Assembly (NCBI RefSeq): GCF_964188315.1
Contig: NC_135668.1
Coordinates: forward strand, 31,930,001 to 31,994,000
Origin: Podarcis muralis
Lineage: Eukaryota
Direction: 5' to 3'
Length of the DNA: 64,000 nucleotides
The notes under the pieces were generated by a model that worked only from the letters and a program-made list of their open reading frames with translations, did not search any database and was not told where the DNA came from. The position numbers were made by a program, and so were the translations under genes. Positions 38,801 to 48,300 of this stretch are shown piece after piece. The first letter of the stretch is position 1. The number at the start of each line of letters is the position of its first letter.

Positions 38801-41800
38801 TGAGAGAGCCAGTGTGGTGTAGTGGTTAAGAGCGGTAGTCTCATAATCTGGGAAACCGGGTTCGAGTCTCCGCTCCTCCACATGCAGCTGCTGGGTGACC
38901 TTGGGCCAGTCACACTTCCTTGAAGTCTCTCAGCCCCACTCACCTCACAGAGTGTTTGTTGTGGGGGAGGAAGGGAAAGGAGAATGTTAGCCGCTTTGAG
39001 ACTCCTTAAAGGGAGTGAAAGGCGGGATATCAAATCCAAACTCTTCTTCTTCTTTGAATGCCAGTTGCCGGAGAGCACAACTGGGGAAAGCTGCAGCTTT
39101 TGCACTCAGGTCCTACTTTTGGGCTTCCCATTGGGGCACAATTAAAAACAGGATGCTGACTTAGATGGACCCCCTTTGGGCTGATGTAGCAGGGCAAATT
39201 ATTATATTTGCTGGATTTTGAAATCGGATGTCAGGAAAGAATCCTAGCAACAAGACACCATTTGCTACTTCCTTTCCTGGTCCAGGTACCATAACCAAAT
39301 CCAACCAGGTGCAGTTTCTCCATGCATATGCCTATGACGGTGTGATGTTTGAGAAAGGGGTTGAGTGCTCCACTTGCAAAGTGAGGAAACCTGCCCGATC
39401 CAAGCACTGTGGTGAGTTTATATTATAATTATTCCCACATGACTGTATATGTGTGCCAAGATCTGCCTTGGAGGATGTCCATTTAATGGGTCCCACCATC
39501 ATGGGCAGTGAGGCAGGTAGAGGCTGGAGACGGGGCCTTCTTGGTGGTGGTGTTTCAGCCCTTGAACTCTTTCCCAAGAGAGGCTCACCTGACACCAGTT
39601 AATGTCCTTTTGGCACAGGATGGAAACTCTTTCCCCTGGTCTTCTCTGGATGGTGTGTAGGTGGTCCCAAGTTCAACCATGGGATAAGGCCAGTCCCAAG
39701 GATGGGCTGGTCACATGACATAGGATTGTTAAACACCACTCCTGTCACTCCACCTCCATTTATTTTGCCTGTCTTGCCAGAACAGATGGATATCTCTTGC
39801 CTGCTTTGTCATCATGTAATAATCTGACCTTCACCTATGTTGATGAGTCTTGACAGAACTTTTGGTTACCGTTTTTGTTTATTGTTATTATTCTGTTCAA
39901 TTTGTGTTGTAAAACACTCTTGAGAACATTTGTGTCTTGGGACCTTCTAGGATTAAAAGGGATTGCTCATCCTGGCATCTGTTTCTGCTCTGGCCCTAAA
40001 CTCCTTGTATCCACTGTGTCCTTTTTCTAGGTTGACCCATCCCATTTTGCTTAGAAGGTGGCACCCTGCATTTGTGCTGCCCATCCCCCACTTACCATGT
40101 CCGCTGAAGCCCTGCTTACAGAGGTCACACAGTTCTGAGGGCTCTGATTCCAGTGAAAACCTCACAAAATCGTGCAGAGGCCTCACATGACCTTCCCCAG
40201 ACCCCAGCTGCCTTGCTTAACAGAGGCCTCTGCATAATCTCGCAGGGATCTCGTGAGATTCTCCCTACAATCCAGAAGCTGCCATAGCCACAGGTGTGCC
40301 CCTTGGATTCTGCCACCTGAGGCAGTTGCCTTAGCCCAGTGTTTCCCAACCGGTGTTCCGCGGCACACGAGTGTGCCGTGAGACGTTGCCTCGTGTGCCG
40401 CGAGATGCCTGGAGGGAGGCGGGCGAGTCGGGCGGCGAGAGGCGGGGCGGCGGCGGCGAGGAGAGGCCGCGCCTCCTGCTGTTGCCTGGCGCTCCTCCTC
40501 GCAGCCGGAAGCGCTGCCTGGGCGCCTCCGCGCGACTCTGCCTTGCTGGGTTTGGTCTCCCAGCAGAGACGGGTCACACGCGCCCCTCCCTCCCTCCCTC
40601 CCTCAGCCTGCGCGGAGGGAAAGCCAGAGAGAGGCATCGCTCCTGCGCGGCGGGAGAGGGAGCAGCCGGAGCGATGCCCCAAACGAACGCATGGGACCGG
40701 AGGGGAAATCCTCTCCGAGGCGGATTGAGCGCAGCTGAGAGAAGCCTTTCGAGGAGCTGCCGTGTCCCCTGGAAACCCCCTTCCCAGCTCTGCCTCAGCC
40801 GCCGCCGCCTCAGTTGCCGCCGTCCCTCAGTCCCTCGCTCTGCTGCCTCCTCCCACCCCCAAAGCTTGGAGGTTCCCCAGCAAGGGGGAGGGAAAAAACT
40901 TTCACTTTTGTGCGTCCCTCCCGGCGTGACGCTGCGCGCTGACGTCACGGGGCGGGGCTTTAATGGTGGTGTGCCGCGAGATTTTTTTTTAGTAAACAGG
41001 TGTGCCGTTGCCCAAAAACATTTGGGAAACACTGCCTTAGCCTACCTGATGGCCTTGCCTTTTTAAAATGTCAAACACCCCCTCCCCCATCTGCCTTTAG
41101 CTCTGCTCTCACCCTGTGCATTGCTGGAGGCCTCTTCAGAAGAGATTTTGCACCAGGAGACCTGCCACATATGGTCAAATTGGGTCAAAAATCTTTTATT
41201 TGGTTTGCTGCTTTCTTTCCCTCCACTCATTCACACACCTTCCCCTTTAAACAATGGGGCTGTTATGAGCGACCCAGCATGCTAATAGCTCATGCCTGGT
41301 TTTTTATTTGTTTGTTTTAACTGGTATGTTTTAAACTCAGGAGGGTTATGGGTTGGTTTCTTGATAACCAGAACATCATGACCTTTCTTCTGGCTTTGAT
41401 CAGGTGTGTGCAACAGCTGCGTGCATCGTTTTGATCACCACTGTGTCTGGGTCAACAATTGCATTGGTGCCTTCAACATCAGATACTTCCTGCTCTACCT
41501 CCTTACCTTAACCTCCATGGCTGTTTCCATCGCAGTCTTAACAGCCAGTTTCCTCATCCAGGTGGTCTTTCTGTCAAATATGATGCAGGGGTATTACACA
41601 GATGACCAAGGCCAGGAGCGCCCGATTGATGCCTTCTTCCTTATTCAGGTAAAAATTGACAAAGTGACGTGGGCTGTACCCAACTAAATCCTGCTCAGAG
41701 TAGCCCTGTTGAAATTAATGGACCAGTAGTTTCAGTGAGCCTGCTGTGAGCAGGGTTTAGTTGGATACAACCCTTAATTTCTGATGCCTTCATCTGTATG

Positions 41801-42822
41801 TAGCTGTGGACTCCCTTGAAGGGAACAGCAAGCTTTTGCTGAAAGGGTCTCACTTCTTCTGATTTGCAGAATACATTTCAAAGCCTGAATGAAATTTAAT
41901 CAAAACAATCATTAATTTGGAGGCTAAATATGCCTTTCTGACGTTGACATTAAATTAACGTGCTTTTATTATCAAGGGGTGGGATCCAGCTAAACAGTTC
42001 CACTAGTCGCAAGCACTTTGGATGCACAGTGGAACTTCTTTTCCCCACCTACCCCCTAAAGCTTAAGGCTTGGGGTGACCCCCAGAACAAATATAGGGGA
42101 TGCATGGGGGTGGGATTCCATTGTGCAGTCAAAAATGCTAGCCATAGTGAAACTGTTCAGATGGATACCACCCAAGAAACTAATAGTATGCACCTTCTTG
42201 AGAATAGTTGTTTTACAAAGCTACTTAGATGTGCATTTGTTTTTCTTTGATATAAGGGCTACTGGTACTAAAAGCAAAAGATAAGTGCGTATTATATGGT
42301 GATCAGAGGAACTATGGTTAGTCTGGGTTTTCTTAGTAATTTGAATTTTAGCTTTTCTTTTACTGTCAAGATAAAAGCTAAGTTTTCAAATTATTCAAGA
42401 TGCAAACTTACTGATCACATTGATCAAAGTGCAGTATTGACAAGCTGTCTACCATTGAAGGAAGAAGTAGGCACATGAATCACCAGGACAGGGGGGTTAG
42501 GCTATTCTTTGTGCATTTTGACTCCAGCTGGGTATTTTTCTCTTCGCAGCATCTTTTCCTGACCTTCCCCAGGATCGTGTTCATGCTGGGCTTTGTTGTT
42601 GTCCTTTCAATTGTACTGGGCTCCTATTTTTGTTTTACTCTGTATCTGATCCTGACCAACCAGACAAGCAATGAGTGGTTCAAGTCAGGAAGATATAAAT
42701 GTTCATCCTCAGAGGACGACACCAGGCAGAGGGGTTACAAAAATATTTATTCTAGAGGCATCCAGGGCAACATCACAGAAATTCTTAAGCCTATTATGAG
42801 CCCTGAAAAAAAGCAAAGGTGA
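35286..42822 (+). CDS. ZDHHC4: Palmitoyltransferase ZDHHC4, join(35286..35408, 36433..36506, 37739..37917, 39286..39411, 41404..41648, 42550..42822), 339 aa
   Basis: 1020-nt open frame. [10 protein letters not shown] start, [41 protein letters not shown] domain, TSNE (TTxE-like) motif, [15 protein letters not shown] PaCCT-like motif, C-terminal KKQR dilysine ER signal. Confidence 0.97.
35769..35799. repeat. (AC)n microsatellite in a ZDHHC4 intron
   Basis: Read directly from the sequence. Confidence 0.9.
36433..36506 (+). CDS. ZDHHC4: ZDHHC4 coding exon 2 (74 nt)
   Basis: catgtag|GTGCTG...AAACG|gtactg. [25 protein letters not shown]. Confidence 0.88.
37739..37917 (+). CDS. ZDHHC4: ZDHHC4 coding exon 3 (179 nt)
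   Basis: gctgcag|AAAC...CCCAG|gtaaga. Contains [13 protein letters not shown]. Confidence 0.95.
38804..39054 (+). mobile_element. Young tRNA-derived squamate SINE with (TTC)n tail
   Basis: GCCAGTGTGGTGTAGTGGTTAAGAGC...GGGTTCGAGTCTC head; inverted partner at 30763-31016. Confidence 0.9.
39286..39411 (+). CDS. ZDHHC4: ZDHHC4 coding exon 4 (126 nt)
   Basis: ggtccag|GTACC...CTGTG|gtgagt. Contains [15 protein letters not shown]. Confidence 0.95.
40337..41034. mobile_element. CpG-rich non-autonomous hAT (Charlie-like) element, 698 bp
   Basis: TIR CAGTGTTTCCCAA, perfect 8-bp TSD CCTTAGCC (40329-40336 and 41035-41042). Confidence 0.92.
41404..41648 (+). CDS. ZDHHC4: ZDHHC4 coding exon 5, catalytic DHHC motif (245 nt)
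   Basis: gatcag|GTGTGTGC...ATTCAG|gtaaaa. Contains [15 protein letters not shown]. Confidence 0.97.
41671..41773. mobile_element. Short palindromic MITE-like element
   Basis: GGGCTGTACCCAACTAAATCCTGCTCA is imperfectly inverted at the other end. Confidence 0.6.
42550..42822 (+). CDS. ZDHHC4: ZDHHC4 last coding exon
   Basis: ttcgcag|[26 protein letters not shown]...PEKKQR then TGA. Confidence 0.95.
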   Translation, partial: HLFLTFPRIVFMLGFVVVLSIVLGSYFCFTLYLILTNQTSNEWFKSGRYKCSSSEDDTRQRGYKNIYSRGIQGNITEILKPIMSPEKKQR

Positions 42823-43261
42823 GTTGCCATTGACAGCAGTGGACTGTACAAATCTTAAATTTTTAATCTAGTACAAGGGTAGTCAATGTGGTGCCCATGG
42901 GCATCCAGTGTGCTGGACACTACTTACCTCTTACGGGGCCTGTGAAAGGTCTTAGTTCTCATCACAATGCGCAGAGAGGGTGTTTGCTCTTTCTGTGCTC
43001 TTTCTTTTTGCACTGTCTCAGCCTATCCTTCAGTGGCTGGCAGAACTGGATATAGTGGCCCTCCACCCATGCTCTTGGAAGTGGCAACCATCTCCAAATG
43101 TGCCTACTGGCCCCAAAAGGTTAATGACTCCTGACCTTAACTGTTAAGTCAGCCTTGCAAGCAAGCCCCAACATACCAGTGCAACTGGAGTAAACATACA
43201 CTGCTAGTGTCTGGCTGAAATGGAAGCTGAAGCTGCAGTTTGTGGTAGGGACAAGGAAATA

Positions 43262-44077
43262 CCGTATTTTTCGCACTATAGGACGCACTTTTCCCCCTCC
43301 AAAAATGAAGGGGAAATGTGTGTGCGTCCTATGGAGCGAATGCAGGCTCCCTGGCTTCAGCGATAGCAACGCGAAGCCTCCGAAGCCTGCGCTCCGGAGG
43401 CTTCGTGTTGCTTTCGCTGAAGCCAGGAGAGTGGTCTTTGAGGCTGGCGGTGGGGGAAAGCAGAGCTTCCCCCCAACGCCAGCCCCACAGGCTCGGGGGG
43501 CAGTGGCAAGGCGCGCGACGGGGAAGGGCTTTTCAAACGTGCCTGTGGAGCTGGCGGTGGGGGAAAGCAGCACTTCCCCCCGCCGCCAGCCCCACAGGCT
43601 CAGGGGACAGCGGGAAGGCGCGCAACGCCTTCGCGCTACTCCCAGACCTGGTGGACCCGCCAGCTCCACAGGCTTGGTTGAAAAGCCCGCAGGAGCAGCC
43701 CGCTCTTTAAAGGGTGTGCTGCTTTTACGGGCTTGTCTACGGGGGGGGGGGTTCCCCCCCTCGTAGAAAAGCCCGCAGGAACCGCGCACCCTTTAAAGAG
43801 CGTGCCGCTCTTGGGGGCTTTTCCCCAAGGAGGGAAAAATGACTGACTGGCCGAGTCAGTCCCTTCTCTCTCCTGTGGGCTTCTGCGGGAGATGGGGGAA
43901 TTCCCCCACCTCCCACAATAGCAGGGAGGAGGTCTGGGAGAAGTGCACAGGCTGCGTGCAGCCTGTCTGCTGCTCCCAGAGCTGGGGGGGGGGGGTCATA
44001 TTTTTTTCCTTGATTTCCACCTCTGAAAACTAGGTGCGCCCTATGGTCAGGTGTGCCCTATAGAGTGAAAAATACGG
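43262..44077. mobile_element. TA-flanked Tc1/mariner-like MITE, 816 bp, GC-rich interior
   Basis: TA TSD, TIR CCGTATTTTTC; internal duplication with a period of about 107 bp. Confidence 0.88.
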
Positions 44078-44411
44078 TAACCTCTAGAATACTGCACTGC
44101 AGATGGTTGGATTATAGATGATCCTCATGGTCCCTTCCAATTCTATGATTCTGATTAGGAGCCCTAAGCCCCTGCTTGCTTCCTGAGACTTTAGGCACTA
44201 CCCTAGTTTCCAATCATGAGAACTAGAAACTTGTTAACTGGAATAATCTAAGGCTACTGACTGCTTTTGCACAGCTAACATTCATTTCAAGAGTCTGGCA
44301 TATACAGAGTCCTGCTGGATTACATTTAATCTGTAGGATAAGAGAAGTGACAGCTACTTTTTACCAGAACAAAAAACAAATAACCAGCTTTCATCTAATA
44401 ATAGCTCTCTT

Positions 44412-44417
44412 TTTATT
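44412..44417 (-). terminator. E4F1: Probable E4F1 polyadenylation signal AATAAA
   Basis: TTTATT on the plus strand about 530 nt past the E4F1 stop codon, at the end of an AU-rich tract. Confidence 0.6.
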
Positions 44418-44949
44418 ATATCAGAATTTTGTAGAAAATTATGTATTTTAAAAACATTTACAAACTGTACAATAAGCAATTAAATGTTACATGGTTACAA
44501 AATGTACATTGTGGCCTTTATGTAGCAGTTGCAGGATATTAAGATAACCTGTTTTCCTGTATAGTAAAGCATTTTCAAACTTTTCTTTAAAGTTTGCGTC
44601 CATTATGAATAGCTTACATTCCATGCCTTATATGGACTTACATATGAAAGGCAAGTAGGTGCCCCAGAAAGGAGGCCTCTGGTTGCATGGCATAGTGTAC
44701 TTTCCCTGCAAATTCCCCCACCATCCATTTTTTCTCCTCCCACTAAGCTAAGATTAAAGTGCTTCGCTCCATCACTGCCTGGTTTCAACAAGCAGCAGCT
44801 GAGCACAAGTGCTATGAGGACACTAGTCATCAAGCCCTTTGGCACCACCAGAGTGCCCCAGCCCCATGTGACATTTTCCACAGTGCTGAAGACCACCCAC
44901 AGGGCAGCCTCCAGAGATTGAATGTAGATATGGCTCTCTCTCCCCTGGT

Positions 44950-45303
44950 CTAGACTATAACAGTCTGAACCTCCACTTCCTCCTCCTGGGTGGCAATCAC
45001 AAACTCCCCCGTGTGCTCCATTATTTCAATGTCTTCGGATGCCACCATTGTCACCGTTGCCTCTTCAGCCTCGCTGCTCCCCTCTGTGGCCAACACAGCT
45101 CCTTCACCAATGGCTGAAGCCAGCGTCATGGCAACCTGCTCCGTGAGACTCTCGGGAGTTGCTATGGCAATTGTGTCTGCATCTGTGCCGTCGGGTGTCA
45201 AGGCAGAACTTTCTGCCACAGTGACATTCTGGACAATTATCTGATGGCCAGAATTTGCTTGGTTGACGATCTGCTGAACTACTTTCATGATGTGACTGTC
45301 CAC
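44950..45303 (-). CDS. E4F1: E4F1 exon 14 (last)
   Basis: catgcag|GTGGAC. VDSHIMKVVQQIV...EVQTVIV then TAG. Confidence 0.95.
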   Translation of the reverse strand: MDSHIMKVVQQIVNQANSGHQIIVQNVTVAESSALTPDGTDADTIAIATPESLTEQVAMTLASAIGEGAVLATEGSSEAEEATVTMVASEDIEIMEHTGEFVIATQEEEVEVQTVIV

Positions 45304-48300
45304 CTGCATGGAAGGAAGGAAATACACCAATGATTCAAAGCCAGATGTGCACCCACTGTATCAGAGTTGCTGCACGTGTAGTTTGAGTCCAACAGAGGAT
45401 GACAAGCGTGGCGTACATTTTCATAAACAGCAGCATTCCTCAATGCCCTCCAAATGTTTCAGAATACAACTCCTAGCCAGCACAGCCACTCTTTTAAAAA
45501 TGTGTCCAGAGATAAAGAAACAAAAACCATGGAGCCAAAAAGCCCTAAGGGATGGGGTATGTCAACTGCTTGACAATGAACAGATGTTAGTTCCTTTCAC
45601 CTATTCTATAAAGTGCAAAGAAATATATAAGTAGACACAAATCTGACATGCTGTCCAGCTCCAAACTAGCAAGTTCTTCCCTCCTCCAGCAAAATAACAA
45701 AGCGACTTTTATTTTAAAGCAAGAGCCATTCTAAGACCAAATCACTTGCTTTTCTTTCTCAGTGCCAGGAAGTGGGGAGGTTCTCCTCTCTGAAAGGGGT
45801 TGTGGAACTTTGGGAAGTGGACACAGAGCACCTGTGTTGCACACAGAAAACCTCAGGTTCAATCCCTGGTGGATGGCAAAGACCTTTTTTTGCCCTAGAT
45901 CCTGGAGGGCAGAACCGGTAGAAAGCAGCTTCCTAGATCCACTCTCCCACCCAAGAAGGTATTAAACAAACAGGCTGCCTAGTCTTTTGTGTGTGTGTGT
46001 GTTTTCTACAAAGACATCTCTTGGTAATTTTATCAATGAATTAATCACTTCAAGCGTCAAAGATTTTAGTAGCAAGGATTGTAAGGAGCCTCTTCAGGGA
46101 GAGCAACCTACCTCATGCCTTGTCCCTTCTATGATTTCAGCAGCTTCCGTGGTTTCCATCTCTTCGGTAGCTGTCTAAAAGAGAGAGAAGACAGATTTCC
46201 CCTAAAGCAGGAACTTTACTTTGCAGTGTAATCACATGCAGGTAATGTCCTCAGGAATGCTCTTTGCTCCAAGCACAATCCACCACATACCTTCTGCTAT
46301 GCCTCTCAGGCTCAGCCAGCACAGCCATAGGATGCTGGTGCTCATAAAAATGGTTCAAAAAGTAGAATGAACTGGGCTGGTGAAGCCTGGCCTATTCTAT
46401 TCAGAAGCACTTGACAGATTACAGTCTGGCTCTCGATGCCCCTGGACAAACCACAACTGAAAACCTCCCACCAACCCTGCAGTGTAGGAAAACTTAGTTT
46501 TCTCCAAGAGATTTTCCCTCAGTGCTGCTCAGCTACCTCAATGATGTACTCTTGCGTATCTGCCACCACCGAAGAGAACTCCACGAGGACTGTAGGAGGA
46601 TCTTCAGAAATGACTGTTGCAGCCAAATTGTCAGCAGACTGACCTTCCTCTGACACTGCTTCTTCTTCAGCTTCTTTCAAGGCAAGCAGACAGCCACCTA
46701 GGTGACGGATAAGGTAACTCTTGTCAAATTAAAGTAATTTCTGTATACTGTACATGTTCAATCCTGACATGCTCAAGTCTCTTATCAAAATAACCTCTGT
46801 CTAAAAAAAAACCCTCTGTGCCAAGGAATGCCAAATTCTTGGCCCCACTGTTTGCAAATATAGCTTGTTTCCTTATTCTGGATTATTTGTTCAGGGAGCA
46901 ACGAACTATTATATAATATTTTAAAATATTAAGCCATTTATATATGCTTTTAAACAAATACTCAGCCACTACAAGAAATCCAGTTCTCCCCACCACCACA
47001 GATCAAAAGATCAACCAATATTCTGACCTCTAGAAACTTCACCAGGAAGGTTCTGCACCCGCCTCCCAACCTCTTGGCCTCTAAATCTTATAGCACTCTA
47101 CAGAGATGGCGGGCGATGGGGTTGCCAAAAAGCTTCTCCTATTCTAGAAGCTAGCACATGTTGTCCTTGGCTCCAGCTTGCATTTTACATGAAAAAGAGA
47201 CAGCTCCCTTACCTTTGGTCCTCAGGTGCCTGTTGAGGGTGCCATGCTCTGCAAAACCACGGCCACATTTGTAACATTTGAAGGGCTTCTCCCCTGTGTG
47301 GTGGCGGATGTGGCGCACCAGGGAACCCTTTTCCCGAAATCCCTGATTGCAGAACTGGCAGACGTATGGTTTGTCATCGAGGTGTGTCCGAAAATGCACC
47401 TGCTGGGCATTCTGCAGGACAGGAGAGCATGGAAGCCATGAGTGAACATAGACAAATGCAGCAAACTTCCTACACTGGACCTCCTGAGCAGACATAAGCA
47501 TTATCCATCGCACACCACTCTTAAAAGTAAAAAAATAAATAATCATCTGCTTCACTTTGAGCACTTCACAAAGCTTCTTGTCTGCCAAGAGCAGTTTTTT
47601 AAATAAAGGACAGGTGACTCCAAGGCACTGGAGGCAGACTTGCTGCAAATAAAAATAAACCACCCAACTTTTGGCACAAAGCCCAGCAGAATCCTTGAGC
47701 AGTGCTCAGAAATTTTCATTTGAGCACTTTCGGGACACTCGGAGAACACTAGCGAAGCACTAGTGCCCTTTGGACAAAATGGAAAGCAATGCTCCTCACA
47801 AGTCTCCCAGTCACTTTGAGTGCTAATGCAAAGGTAAAATTGCTCTGCCCACTTTTCCCTACTGGCACATGGCCCTCCAAAACTCACCTAAAAGGGAATG
47901 CGGCCCTGGGGCTTAACCAGGTTCCCATCAAAGAACAAGTCCCAAAAGATGTGGGGCTCCTACCTTCGTCTTGTATCTCTTGCCACATTTGGAGCAAGGA
48001 TATGGCCGCTCATCAGAGTGAACCCTCCTGTGTCCCTTCACATGCGCAATTGTTTTGTACAGCTTGCCGCAATCCCCACAACGGAACCGCCGCTCGTTCA
48101 CGTGCACTTCCTGGTGTTTCTTCAGCAAGTAGCCCTTGGTGAATCCTTTGCCACACTCTTCACATGGGAAAGGTTTGTAGTCTGGGCAAGGGGTGGGAGG
48201 TTTCACAAAAAAGAGGATTGGAGCAGGCAGAATGTCCAGTATTTATGACATTTGAAAATGCAAGGCGGTAGGATATCAAAGAAGAAACTGCCTTCATAGC

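Noticed and set aside
40125-41066. Overlapping 130-237 aa ORFs on both strands
   Set aside because: Stop-poor frames caused by the very high GC content of the hAT interior; no transposase motifs.
43121-43789. 222-aa and 174-aa ORFs in the ZDHHC4/E4F1 gap
   Set aside because: Lie in the GC-rich MITE interior; no DDE/D transposase signature.
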